64,000 nucleotides of DNA from a virus (Duplodnaviria > Heunggongvirae > Uroviricota > Caudoviricetes): the IMG/VR virus record IMGVR_UViG_3300031993_000049. One strand, given 5' to 3'. The notes beneath the pieces were generated by a model. It was given only the letters and a program-made list of their open reading frames with translations. It was not told the origin of the DNA and did no database searches. Made by a program: the position numbers and the translations under genes. This document shows positions 38,097 through 47,523 of this stretch, in pieces. Within the stretch, counting starts at the first letter, position 1. Each line of letters begins with the position of its first letter.

Positions 38097-38324
38097 ATGA
38101 CAAAAGATGAGTTAATAGAAAAACTAACGTATAGTGCCAACACGTATACATATGGTAAACTGTACAAGAAAACTATCTTCGGTGTTAAAGAAATTGTTGA
38201 TGCTTATTGGAAAGGTATTGACGATACATTGTTAGCGCTTGGTTTAATTGATAAGCCAGGCGGTGAATACGTGGAAGGTAAGAAAATAATTGAATTTGTA
38301 AACGAAGAACAAAATGGAAATTGA
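38097..38324 (+). CDS. hypothetical protein
   Basis: Co-oriented ORF. Confidence 0.6.
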   Translation: MTKDELIEKLTYSANTYTYGKLYKKTIFGVKEIVDAYWKGIDDTLLALGLIDKPGGEYVEGKKIIEFVNEEQNGN

Positions 38325-38739
38325 TCAAAAAGAATGGTTCAATTTAACAGAGGAGGAAAAAAGAAGAATAATTGACGATGCGCGTTGGATAATTGAAACC
38401 AATGAAAGACTTTCAACCGAAATACTTGAATCTGACGTAGAAAACAATCGAATCATTATTCATCTTCCAAAAGAAGTTGCTGCATTTATCGAAATGGAAG
38501 AGGGTCGTAGAAAAGCAGTCGAAGAAATGCGTAAGAAAAAAGAGGGGCTTGAAAGATTTCCAGAAGGTTCTGTTGCTGTATTGAATTTACAAAAGTTTTT
38601 CGACGACATATCAGATGTTGAAAAAATGTATTTATTCGAACAATATAGTTCAATAACATTCCAAATGGTTGAAAACACATTGAAAATGATTTTTGAACGT
38701 TTACAATATAGACACCCAGATTACATAAAATACATTTAA
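38314..38739 (+). CDS. hypothetical protein
   Basis: Co-oriented ORF. Confidence 0.65.
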   Translation: MEIDQKEWFNLTEEEKRRIIDDARWIIETNERLSTEILESDVENNRIIIHLPKEVAAFIEMEEGRRKAVEEMRKKKEGLERFPEGSVAVLNLQKFFDDISDVEKMYLFEQYSSITFQMVENTLKMIFERLQYRHPDYIKYI

Positions 38740-38871
38740 TATGGAACAAAATAAATTAATGGAAGAAACACCACAGTATAAAGCCTGGGTGGAATGGTGG
38801 ACAGAAATGAATAAAAAACTAATTCAAGAAATAAACAAAAATAATTCATTTGATAATAATAAACCAATAAG

Positions 38872-39420
38872 ATGTTAAAGATTAACGAAGAAAACAAAAA
38901 ATTCTGGGACGATACATTTGCTCAAGTCCCACCTACTCGCGACGAAGATTGTTGCTGTGAATGTTCAGGTAAAGACGATAGTGACGACGAAGTAGAATGT
39001 TGCTGTGGATGCTGCTGCGAAGACGAAGACGGTAATTGGAAGCCTGCAGTACCACTTGGCTACGATGACGACATGAAAGAATATAGTGCCGTTAAGGACC
39101 TTACAGAAGACGCAATTAAAAACAGGACTTACAGGTGCTGGAAAGTTGGTAGTTATCTTGTAGAATCATACTGTGAAAATCCTGAGGAACTACGTCTGTA
39201 CGACGTATTGTTCTTATTTACCGAAAGTTGGGAAGAACCACTGTTTACGGTATTACTCACTGGCATTGATGAAGAAAACCACAAACTTAAAGTGATGTAT
39301 ATTGATAACAATAAAGACAAAGTTATCAAGGCTGATGCTAAATACACACCTCCAGTAAATCTTACTTTCAATGATAAAAGAACTCTTCCAAAGGAAAATA
39401 ATTTAGATCCAAGAGGATAA
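38872..39420 (+). CDS. hypothetical protein with N-terminal poly-cysteine cluster
   Basis: DEDCCCECSGKDDSDDEVECCCGCCCEDEDGNW: 12 Cys in 30 aa flanked by acidic residues. Confidence 0.7.
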   Translation: MLKINEENKKFWDDTFAQVPPTRDEDCCCECSGKDDSDDEVECCCGCCCEDEDGNWKPAVPLGYDDDMKEYSAVKDLTEDAIKNRTYRCWKVGSYLVESYCENPEELRLYDVLFLFTESWEEPLFTVLLTGIDEENHKLKVMYIDNNKDKVIKADAKYTPPVNLTFNDKRTLPKENNLDPRG

Positions 39421-39425
39421 TAATT

Positions 39426-39788
39426 ATGGTAATAGCATTAGAATATAAAGGATACGCATTATTCGATATTGAATGGTGGGTCCACAAGGAAGATTCGTGC
39501 AAGACTGAATATTGCTGGTATTCAAAGATTAAATCTCTTCCTTGTGTAGAAGGTATTACACGTTTCCTTCAGGATAAATTGAAAGACGATAATTTCAACG
39601 TAGAAGAGTTTATTACACTTTCTGAAGGAATTAGTGAACTCGCTGGTTGGTTATGGGAACTTCACAAGAATCACCCTGTGGATTTAAAACACGCTGAACA
39701 ACGTCATTATCATGAGTTTGAACCAGAACTAATGAAAATAATTAATCAGTACTGTGACAAGTACGGATTGGAAAAACACGTAGATTAA
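39426..39788 (+). CDS. hypothetical protein
   Basis: Co-oriented ORF. Confidence 0.65.
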   Translation: MVIALEYKGYALFDIEWWVHKEDSCKTEYCWYSKIKSLPCVEGITRFLQDKLKDDNFNVEEFITLSEGISELAGWLWELHKNHPVDLKHAEQRHYHEFEPELMKIINQYCDKYGLEKHVD

Positions 39789-39790
39789 AT

Positions 39791-40348
39791 ATGAAAGTAT
39801 TTTTTGATACAGAATTTACTGGTTTACACAAAAATACAACGCTTATTAGCCTTGGTTGTGTAGACGAAGACGGTAGATCTTTTTATGCTGAGTTTGCCGA
39901 TTATGACAGGAACCAATGCGATGACTGGATTAAGAAACACGTATTGAAAAACCTCAAGTTTGACCGTGGTGATAGTATTGTAGGTCAACTTAATTCTGAT
40001 GAAGTAACTGAAATTTACGATGACAAGGAACACGTAAAAGAGGCCCTTGCAGAATGGTTGTCAGTATATGACGAAGTTCAATTAGTTTCTGACGTATGCC
40101 ATTACGATATGGTATTGTTAATTGACTTGTTTGGTAGTGCATTTGATTTACCAAAGAACGTTTGTCCGTCCTGTCACGATATTAACCAGGACATTGCTGA
40201 ACATTACGGTTGTTCTGAAAGAGAGGCGTTTGATAAGTCTCGTGAAGGTATCTTGGCTGATTATGAATTGGAAATTAGTGGGGACAAACATAATGCATTG
40301 TATGATGCGAAAGTAATTAAACGTTTGTACTTATACGTTTTAAAATAA
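39791..40348 (+). CDS. DEDDh 3'-5' exonuclease (DnaQ/oligoribonuclease-like)
   Basis: Exo I FFDTEFTG. Exo III HNALYDA near C-terminus. Confidence 0.8.
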   Translation: MKVFFDTEFTGLHKNTTLISLGCVDEDGRSFYAEFADYDRNQCDDWIKKHVLKNLKFDRGDSIVGQLNSDEVTEIYDDKEHVKEALAEWLSVYDEVQLVSDVCHYDMVLLIDLFGSAFDLPKNVCPSCHDINQDIAEHYGCSEREAFDKSREGILADYELEISGDKHNALYDAKVIKRLYLYVLK

Positions 40349-40368
40349 TTAATATAAAAAAGTAAGAA

Positions 40369-40866
40369 ATGCAAGTAAATGTTAGTATTGACATCGATGA
40401 GGCTTACGACAACCTACTCGGTGAACAAAAAAGAAATTTCCTAAGAAGTCATATTGTTGAATTAGGCTTTGAAGAACTAATGGAAGCAGCACAAGACGCA
40501 GACAGACTTCCAGATGTTAAAGTTATAATTAAAAGTGATCATAACAGAACACTCAAGAATGGCCCTGTATATGTTGCTGATAGTGAAAATAAAAAAGAAG
40601 CCGATCAAGGTGTTGAAGGTGAGGGTGAATACGCACCTGGAAAAGTAACAGAGCGTAATTTCACTCGTCCATACAAGAAGATGGGTACCGTTGAACCACG
40701 CTATACTGATAAATATAACATCGTAGGAGGTGAAATCAAAGACACAGCACTTGGTTTCATTTATGGTGCCATTAAGAAATATGGCGGTGATCTTCAATAT
40801 GTTGATGATCTTAAGATTTATATTAAGATGATGGCCGATAGAATCGGTGACGAAACAATTAATTAA
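40369..40866 (+). CDS. hypothetical protein
   Basis: Co-oriented ORF. Confidence 0.65.
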   Translation: MQVNVSIDIDEAYDNLLGEQKRNFLRSHIVELGFEELMEAAQDADRLPDVKVIIKSDHNRTLKNGPVYVADSENKKEADQGVEGEGEYAPGKVTERNFTRPYKKMGTVEPRYTDKYNIVGGEIKDTALGFIYGAIKKYGGDLQYVDDLKIYIKMMADRIGDETIN

Positions 40867-40867
40867 T

Positions 40868-41077
40868 ATGGAACTATTAGAAAATAACTATGGTAAGGTA
40901 CGGTGTCGCACATGTGACTCCGTACTAAAACCTGGTAAAGAGGATATACACTCAAACTATGATAATGAATATTATGTAATTTGTCCAGTTTGTGGTCAAG
41001 ATATTTGGTTTGATGGAAAGCCAAGTACTAATCCAGTTCTTAAACATATAATTCATGGTGGATTACCACATAGATAA
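40868..41077 (+). CDS. small zinc-ribbon protein (CRTCD...CPVCG)
   Basis: Trimmed to ATG after upstream stop. Confidence 0.55.
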   Translation: MELLENNYGKVRCRTCDSVLKPGKEDIHSNYDNEYYVICPVCGQDIWFDGKPSTNPVLKHIIHGGLPHR

Positions 41078-41096
41078 GTTTGGCACAGTTTTTGTA
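41078..41096 (+). promoter_or_regulatory. variant of the conserved element: GTTTGGCACAGTTTTTGTA (TGGCAC-N5-TTGTA)
   Basis: Keeps TGGCAC and TTGTA with the same spacing. Followed by TATATTTG box. Confidence 0.35.
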
Positions 41097-41128
41097 TATT
41101 TGTTGTAGTAACTTAAAAATTTAAAATA

Positions 41129-41353
41129 ATGAAACATTTGACAGAAAAAGAACTTTTTCCAGGTAAAGCGGTTAGATACTATCCTTTCATTGATGGCGAC
41201 GGTAATCCAGATAGCGAACCTAAACTTGGTATTGTAGCCAGTGGTCCTTACTATATATGTGGTAGTGTATGCTACAAACTCGCTGAGGTAAGTGCTGTAG
41301 TAGACATTGAAAATCTATTTGATGTATGGGACGAAGACAAAGTTAGTGAATAA
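41129..41353 (+). CDS. hypothetical protein
   Basis: Co-oriented ORF. Confidence 0.6.
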   Translation: MKHLTEKELFPGKAVRYYPFIDGDGNPDSEPKLGIVASGPYYICGSVCYKLAEVSAVVDIENLFDVWDEDKVSE

Positions 41354-41354
41354 T

Positions 41355-41561
41355 ATGAAACAAATTAAAGTAACAACAACCGCATCTGCAGTAGTAACCT
41401 TAGATGGTTTGGATATTGACGATGTAATTCAGCAAGCAGCAGACCTGGCACACGAGGTCCTGGAGGAACTGTCAATCTATAGACAGGAACACGATTTGGA
41501 TCCACTTACATTCAGTTGTGAGGGAAGTTGCTGTGCATTTTTGGACTTAATAGATGATTAA
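41355..41561 (+). CDS. hypothetical acidic protein
   Basis: Trimmed to ATG after upstream stop. Confidence 0.5.
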   Translation: MKQIKVTTTASAVVTLDGLDIDDVIQQAADLAHEVLEELSIYRQEHDLDPLTFSCEGSCCAFLDLIDD

Positions 41562-41563
41562 TT

Positions 41564-41935
41564 ATGACAAAGACAGCAGTAATGCAATCGGATTTTAACA
41601 TCACTGGAGAAATAGGTGGTGTTAAATATAAATATATAAAGATTCCATGGGTTGAACATCTAGAGATATATAAGTATTATCATGATAGTCAATCTGCGGA
41701 AAGAATTAATGAACGTGGTGGTTTTGGTGTAAGAGAAGCCGCTTATATGGGTTATAATCCTCTAGTTATTTGGGTAATTTATGATTACAGCGAAAAAGAT
41801 AGTGATTGGACAAAAGTAGCACTCCTTTTTGATAAAGACTCTGATTTTAGATCATACCGTTACAGGGTTTTAACTGAAGAAGAATACAAAAGTCTTGATA
41901 TATTTGAAAAAATTAAAGATACGTATGATAATTGA
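41564..41935 (+). CDS. hypothetical protein
   Basis: Co-oriented ORF. Confidence 0.65.
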   Translation: MTKTAVMQSDFNITGEIGGVKYKYIKIPWVEHLEIYKYYHDSQSAERINERGGFGVREAAYMGYNPLVIWVIYDYSEKDSDWTKVALLFDKDSDFRSYRYRVLTEEEYKSLDIFEKIKDTYDN

Positions 41936-42353
41936 AAATGAAAATTATGTTAGTTTTGAAACAGCAAAACTATTGAAAGATAATGGATTTGATTGGTCTT
42001 GCCGAGCAAGATACGGAAGTGCTGGTTCTTTCTGTTATGAAAAATATCCGATTGAAGCAAGTGGATGTGAAATGCACAATTGTATACTTTGTCCAACTCT
42101 TCAAATGGCTAAGAAATGGTTAGAAGAAGTTCACAATCTTTTCATTACTATTGAAATAAAAGGTGATCCACGAAAAGAGGATTTCATTTATTATAAATGG
42201 TCTGTTGCAAAATTTTGTTGTGTTAAAATTGAAAGAATTGATAACGGTTTAAACACACCAGAAGATTATTGGCTTGCACCTGAGGAAGAGGATGAAAAAC
42301 CTGAATATGCGTGTGAAGCAGCAATTAAATATTGTCTTGAAAATTTGATTTGA
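41925..42353 (+). CDS. Family-B paralog (YVSFETAKLLKDNGFD ... PTLQMAKKWL ... ACEAAIKYCLENLI)
   Basis: Shares N-terminus with 2328. Identical C-terminal 14 aa with 42350. Confidence 0.7.
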   Translation: MIIENENYVSFETAKLLKDNGFDWSCRARYGSAGSFCYEKYPIEASGCEMHNCILCPTLQMAKKWLEEVHNLFITIEIKGDPRKEDFIYYKWSVAKFCCVKIERIDNGLNTPEDYWLAPEEEDEKPEYACEAAIKYCLENLI

Positions 42354-42775
42354 TTATGATAGAAGAAGCATACGTTAGTTTTGAAGTGGCAAAACTTCTG
42401 AAAGAGAAGGGTTTTGATGTTGATACTCCAACAAGATATGCTATTGAAAAGGTAACAGAATCTTGGTATGATGATTATCGGGAAAGAGTTGTTAAATTCG
42501 ATTGGGATAGCGGTTATTTTTTAGGCATAAATGATATAAAACACGATATTAGTGGAGATACTATATCTGCTCCTACCCAACAGATGGCAATGCAATGGTT
42601 GAGAAAAATGGGTTGGTTTATTCATATTGATGTCATTCGAGAGGTGTCCTGCTGGACAGCAGATATTCAAGATATAAAGAATGATGTTGCCATTTATGCG
42701 GTTGAAAAAGAATTTCCCAACTATGAACAAGCATGTGAAGCAGCAATTAAATATTGCCTTGAAAATTTGATCTAA
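42350..42775 (+). CDS. Family-B paralog (YVSFEVAKLLKEKGFD ... ACEAAIKYCLENLI)
   Basis: Tandem with 41925. Confidence 0.7.
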   Translation: MIMIEEAYVSFEVAKLLKEKGFDVDTPTRYAIEKVTESWYDDYRERVVKFDWDSGYFLGINDIKHDISGDTISAPTQQMAMQWLRKMGWFIHIDVIREVSCWTADIQDIKNDVAIYAVEKEFPNYEQACEAAIKYCLENLI

Positions 42776-42777
42776 TT

Positions 42778-42975
42778 ATGACTAAGGAAGATAGAGTAGA
42801 ATTACAAAAGGCTGTATCTAATTTTCTTTACTCGTTTTCGAGCGAGGAAACACGAATGTATGCGCCGTGGGCATTTGATTCAACTGGTTTTCAAAAGCCA
42901 CTTTCAATTGCTGAATTTGCGGCTACATGGATGGAAAGACGTTTGTTAAACAAAATTAAAAATAAAATAAAATGA
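42778..42975 (+). CDS. hypothetical protein
   Basis: Co-oriented ORF. Confidence 0.55.
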   Translation: MTKEDRVELQKAVSNFLYSFSSEETRMYAPWAFDSTGFQKPLSIAEFAATWMERRLLNKIKNKIK

Positions 42976-43796
42976 AATTTAAAAGTCTAGAAGAAAAGTG
43001 TTTGTATTACAGAGGTTTAACTGATTATAAACTTCTGCCTAACAGTAATATTCTTGTCATGCTTGACGGTAAAAACTTTAGTCGTCTCATCAAGAATAAC
43101 TTTAAGAAACCGTTTGATGATGATTTTATCAGAATGATGAACAACACGGCTAAGTTCCTGTGTGAAAACGTACAGGGATGTAAGTTTGCATATGTTCAGT
43201 CTGATGAGATCTCATTGCTCATTACCGATTATGACACACCAGAGACCGACTTGCTGTTTGGTGGTAGACTTTGCAAGATTGAATCTATTCTTGCTTCCCT
43301 GGCTACGTCAGAGTTCAATCGCCAATTCATTAAGTATCACTTGTTTGAGAAGAGAGAAAATTGGTCTGGTGTTGGTTTCGCAGGCCTTTCTGATCAACTT
43401 GATAAAATGAAGATGGCTCAGTTTGACTGCAAGGCTTGGACTGTACCTAATTTTAACGATGCATTTGCTTGGTTCCTATATCGTCAGATTGACTGTATCC
43501 GTAACTCAAAGCAGCAGACTGCTCAAACCTATGTTCCACACAAAGAACTGGTTAAAAAAGATACTGATCAACAAATTGCAATTTGTAGAGAAAAAACCGA
43601 TATTGATTGGAATGATTTTGCCAACCAATACAAATATGGTAGATTTGTTTACAAGGTAGAAAAGGAACTTACTACTACTCTTCCTGACGGTAAGGAAATC
43701 ACTTATTTCAGAAACAAATTCGAGGCTGTACCAGCGTTTGAATTGACGAAGGAAGGAAATAAAGACAAGTTTATCAATCTTATTTTCGAATCATGA
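42972..43796 (+). CDS. Thg1-like protein (tRNA-His guanylyltransferase family 3'-5' nucleotidyltransferase)
   Basis: ILVMLDGKNFSRL (RLDGRNF), FKKPFDDDFIRMMNNTAKFL, AYVQSDEISLLI (YGQSDEYSF), ILASLATSEF: matches the Thg1 core motifs. Confidence 0.85.
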   Translation: MKFKSLEEKCLYYRGLTDYKLLPNSNILVMLDGKNFSRLIKNNFKKPFDDDFIRMMNNTAKFLCENVQGCKFAYVQSDEISLLITDYDTPETDLLFGGRLCKIESILASLATSEFNRQFIKYHLFEKRENWSGVGFAGLSDQLDKMKMAQFDCKAWTVPNFNDAFAWFLYRQIDCIRNSKQQTAQTYVPHKELVKKDTDQQIAICREKTDIDWNDFANQYKYGRFVYKVEKELTTTLPDGKEITYFRNKFEAVPAFELTKEGNKDKFINLIFES

Positions 43797-44077
43797 ACAG
43801 TGAACAACCAACATATTATCAACCGCTGACGCTTGAAAAATTGAATCAAGCGGTTGCAGAACTCGCTAGGCACCAGGCTATTCAAGAAAGAAACTTTGAG
43901 GCCTGGTACCAAAAAGCGTGTCAGATGAACCCAGACTTAAGAAAACAAGTTGAGGCAGAAATTCGAAGAGAGGTTAGTAAGTGGCGTAATGATAACTGTG
44001 ATTTTGAAGTCACTGAAAATCAAATAAGATCTTATTTAAAAACTAAACTAAGAGAACTTAGTGTATTTACAAGTTAA
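43793..44077 (+). CDS. hypothetical protein
   Basis: 4-nt overlap. Confidence 0.6.
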   Translation: MNSEQPTYYQPLTLEKLNQAVAELARHQAIQERNFEAWYQKACQMNPDLRKQVEAEIRREVSKWRNDNCDFEVTENQIRSYLKTKLRELSVFTS

Positions 44078-44079
44078 TT

Positions 44080-44913
44080 ATGGAAAACGAACACGTTGAA
44101 TTTTTTAAGAAATTATCAGAATATAGGAAAGAATGTGATGAACATTCTCCTGATTCATTTAGTATAGTTGCTCAGGAACTATACGGTATGAGTGTAAAAG
44201 AAGCCCAAATGCTTTTTACGAAGTATAAGAGGATCCTTGCTGGTTGGTGGGATTGGGAAGAAAATGAAGATGAAGGTATTGAAGTTGCCACAAAGGGTAA
44301 AGCAGTACTTGAGCATTCATTTAAACTAACTCCTTCCAAAAAGTGGGATGGTATTAAATCATACCTTGATAGTGACGAATACGGATATAAAAACCACATT
44401 GCTGTATGGGTTAAATATACCGATAAAGAGCAGCCACAAATGCTTGAATTAAAGATTGATTCGGTAAAGAACCTTGCTATGATTCACGATTTAGCCGAAA
44501 GGGAAGACGTTGAGGTTTTATGTATTGTACCTAGTGTTGATAGTATTTCAAATTTACAAGATTGTGAAAATGACGTTGATACCAGGAATGGTAGAATGCG
44601 TGTATATGATGGAGACATTTTTGTTCTTTCCAATCATGGTGCTGATGACTATTGGAATAGACCGAAAGAGAACGGTGTATATGTATGTATGCACGGTGCA
44701 TATCGCAGATTGCTTTACACTATTGGTAGAGGTTATGTTAATACCAGTAAGCAGCCTAACATAGCAAATAATAGTAGTCGTGATGACGATTATGGTGAGG
44801 TATTCACATATCACGAGGGTAAATGGAACCAGCATTTGCTTACTATGGATCACAAATGGAAACGAATTGGTAATATCCACGCAGATATAAGCCTGTTAAT
44901 GGAAAAAAATTAG
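44080..44913 (+). CDS. hypothetical protein
   Basis: Co-oriented ORF. Confidence 0.7.
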   Translation: MENEHVEFFKKLSEYRKECDEHSPDSFSIVAQELYGMSVKEAQMLFTKYKRILAGWWDWEENEDEGIEVATKGKAVLEHSFKLTPSKKWDGIKSYLDSDEYGYKNHIAVWVKYTDKEQPQMLELKIDSVKNLAMIHDLAEREDVEVLCIVPSVDSISNLQDCENDVDTRNGRMRVYDGDIFVLSNHGADDYWNRPKENGVYVCMHGAYRRLLYTIGRGYVNTSKQPNIANNSSRDDDYGEVFTYHEGKWNQHLLTMDHKWKRIGNIHADISLLMEKN

Positions 44914-44920
44914 TATAATT

Positions 44921-45316
44921 ATGACAAGAGAAGAATTTAAAGAACTTGCCGAGAAGAAATATCCAGTACAGAATGTAACTGTCAAAAGTAATGTAGGTGA
45001 TTTTTATACAACGCATGATGTTAATGAATTACCTAGAAAGGCTTTTATGGAGGCTTACGAGATATTGTTACTGGAACATATGGCTGACATAGACAAGACC
45101 ATTGACGAGACCAAGAAGTATATGCTTGGTAAATTGCCAAAATGGCACAAGGCTGATAGAGATATTGACACTGACATATTGGAGTATGCAATATTATTTA
45201 GACAGGATGGCGGAGATTATCCTGATTATGACACTGTTGAAGTAACCAACAGGTTACACAAAGGTGAATGGTATTTTGAATTATCTGATTTACAGAAACT
45301 ATTAAAAGAAGAATAA
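44921..45316 (+). CDS. hypothetical protein
   Basis: Co-oriented ORF. Confidence 0.65.
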   Translation: MTREEFKELAEKKYPVQNVTVKSNVGDFYTTHDVNELPRKAFMEAYEILLLEHMADIDKTIDETKKYMLGKLPKWHKADRDIDTDILEYAILFRQDGGDYPDYDTVEVTNRLHKGEWYFELSDLQKLLKEE

Positions 45317-45320
45317 GAAT

Positions 45321-45506
45321 ATGGATGATATAGACTGGGGAAGAATAATTACCGCTTTAGTCCTTACAGTATTAATAATCGGTTTAATTTGTTTGCTATT
45401 ATGGTTAGCAAAATATCATCCAGTTATTTTAGGCTGGTTACTTGGAGCAGTTTTTGTATTTAGTTTATTTATAATAATTTACGAAGAACTTGACGATTTA
45501 TGGTAA
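45321..45506 (+). CDS. small membrane protein
   Basis: Hydrophobic ORF. Confidence 0.55.
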   Translation: MDDIDWGRIITALVLTVLIIGLICLLLWLAKYHPVILGWLLGAVFVFSLFIIIYEELDDLW

Positions 45507-45871
45507 GAGTATTTTGGTTTTGTGTAGATAGTAACGGTGATGAGAAAATAACATCAAACCGTGATGGTTGGCAAAGGTTTTCACCATCTTTGTATTATGG
45601 AATATACAATGGTACTGTTGCTGATTTAGAAGAATTCCATAGGAAACAGCGTGCTGAAAAGAAGAAAGTAATTTCTTGGTATGATACACGAATGAAATAT
45701 GACCATTGGGTCGAACTTCATGATGAAATTGATATTGAGGCACCACGTGAAGGTTATCATCCAGATTGGAACTATCTACCTAAGGGTAGTATTGAAAAAA
45801 TAACAGGAAAGAAAATAACATGGGCCGATGAGCCTATTAAAATAGAAGAAGAATATGATAGCGAGAATTAA
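45500..45871 (+). CDS. hypothetical protein
   Basis: ATG overlapping upstream stop. Confidence 0.6.
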   Translation: MVRVFWFCVDSNGDEKITSNRDGWQRFSPSLYYGIYNGTVADLEEFHRKQRAEKKKVISWYDTRMKYDHWVELHDEIDIEAPREGYHPDWNYLPKGSIEKITGKKITWADEPIKIEEEYDSEN

Positions 45872-46292
45872 AAAAGAATTATGTGACCCAGTAAATGGGG
45901 AAGTAGTAGGTCCTTACTATCACTTGTATAAAGTAAAGGACGATGGAACCGAAGAATTGATCGAATCATTCAATGGCGATATAAAAGCAGCAGCACGCAG
46001 AGCAGAACAAATTGTGGACCTTGAGGCCTTGGATATAGCATATGAACAAAATCCAAATTGCTTTAGTTCCGTTGCATTTCCTCCTAATTATTATAATGTT
46101 AGAAGTAATGCGCCTGGGGCATTTAAACCAATTGAAGTTGATTCATACGAAGGTAAAGTAACTCGTGTAAACGAGGATTTCGTAGCGGTCAATTACAAGG
46201 ATGAAACTGGTGAGAACCAGATATTCTATGCAAACCCAGGTAAATACAAAATGGGAGATAAAGTACAAATTTTAGTTTGGCCAACAGAATAA
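45855..46292 (+). CDS. hypothetical protein
   Basis: Co-oriented ORF. Confidence 0.65.
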   Translation: MIARIKKELCDPVNGEVVGPYYHLYKVKDDGTEELIESFNGDIKAAARRAEQIVDLEALDIAYEQNPNCFSSVAFPPNYYNVRSNAPGAFKPIEVDSYEGKVTRVNEDFVAVNYKDETGENQIFYANPGKYKMGDKVQILVWPTE

Positions 46293-46301
46293 TAAAAAGT
46301 T

Positions 46302-46583
46302 ATGAGAAAGTACACATTATTTGAAGGTGAACTGTTAGACGGTTCGATTAATGAAGTAATTCCAGGATTAATTCAAACAGCAAAGTTGAAAAACGAAGAC
46401 GTATTTCTTCGCTGGAATGGTGCAACTGTAAGAATTATGCCAGACTCTACCGCAGAATCTGTTCATCGTGATTATCAATACCTGTTACATGAACAAGATT
46501 TGTTTACTAAAGAACGAAATGGAGAACTTATTTCCGTTCAAGATTTAGCACAAAAAATAGCAAAAACATTAGTGAATTTATGA
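46302..46583 (+). CDS. hypothetical protein
   Basis: Co-oriented ORF. Confidence 0.6.
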   Translation: MRKYTLFEGELLDGSINEVIPGLIQTAKLKNEDVFLRWNGATVRIMPDSTAESVHRDYQYLLHEQDLFTKERNGELISVQDLAQKIAKTLVNL

Positions 46584-46792
46584 AAAAACGAAAACTTGAA
46601 TACGATATTTGGGATTTAAATGCCGCTAAGAGAAGGGCGGTTGAAGAAACCGAAGAACGTCTTGCGTTGGATTGGAAAGATATCGAATTGATCGATTGTA
46701 TTTTGAAAGAACTCAGGAAATATCACAAATATAAACACCCTTATTATGAGGATGTTTTAAGTGAATTTAATAGATACAGAAGAAAAAAATGA
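46580..46792 (+). CDS. hypothetical protein
   Basis: 4-nt overlap. Confidence 0.55.
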   Translation: MKKRKLEYDIWDLNAAKRRAVEETEERLALDWKDIELIDCILKELRKYHKYKHPYYEDVLSEFNRYRRKK

Positions 46793-46835
46793 TAGAAAAT
46801 TTTTATATTATGACAAAATATAAAATTATAGAGCA

Positions 46836-47324
46836 ATGAAGAAAGATGCATTGGAATATCTCGAAAGAGTTAAAGAGACAACACAGAAATCTCATTATGT
46901 ACCTCACGGTTGGGGTATTGATGATATGATGGTACGTGAAAGTTATGATGTTCAATCAGTGCCATATGATAAGGCTGTATATGCTGTAGAAATTGCTAAT
47001 AAAGGTATGACTGCACGACCAAAACCAGAATGGATTGACTACAAGAAGCAGAAACCTCCATATGGCGAAGAAGTATTAGCATATCATCACTTATGGGTCA
47101 GAGAAGATTCTACCCCTGATGGTATTCGTGTAGGATTTCGTTCAGAAGGAGTTGTTGATGATAATGATGATTTTATATCATCGTATTGGTGGAATTATCA
47201 AGAGTGTTATGTCACTATCAGTAGATTTGAAGTAAAAGACAATCTTTCATTCGACCAAAAACTTCTTGAATGTATAGAGCCAGAGTATTGGATGAAAAAA
47301 CCGAAATTCTCTAAGAGTAAATAA
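46836..47324 (+). CDS. hypothetical protein
   Basis: Co-oriented ORF. Confidence 0.7.
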   Translation: MKKDALEYLERVKETTQKSHYVPHGWGIDDMMVRESYDVQSVPYDKAVYAVEIANKGMTARPKPEWIDYKKQKPPYGEEVLAYHHLWVREDSTPDGIRVGFRSEGVVDDNDDFISSYWWNYQECYVTISRFEVKDNLSFDQKLLECIEPEYWMKKPKFSKSK

Positions 47325-47385
47325 TTACCTAAAATATAAGATAAACTAATTTAATTTGAGATTATACGGAAACAAAATATAGATT

Positions 47386-47517
47386 ATGAATTGTAAAATA
47401 TGCAATAAAACAGAATATTGTGAGTACAAAAAAAGCGGTACTTTATGTCCTTACATTGGATTAGGATTAGATGACGATTATATAAATAGTCTGAGTACTT
47501 CGTCAGGTGATTTATAA
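47386..47517 (+). CDS. possible 43-aa Cys-containing peptide (MNCKICNKTEYCEYKKSGTLCPY...)
   Basis: Short ATG ORF in the 357-bp gap. Ends 6 nt before the large inverted repeat. Confidence 0.3.
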   Translation: MNCKICNKTEYCEYKKSGTLCPYIGLGLDDDYINSLSTSSGDL

Positions 47518-47523
47518 TCGTAT

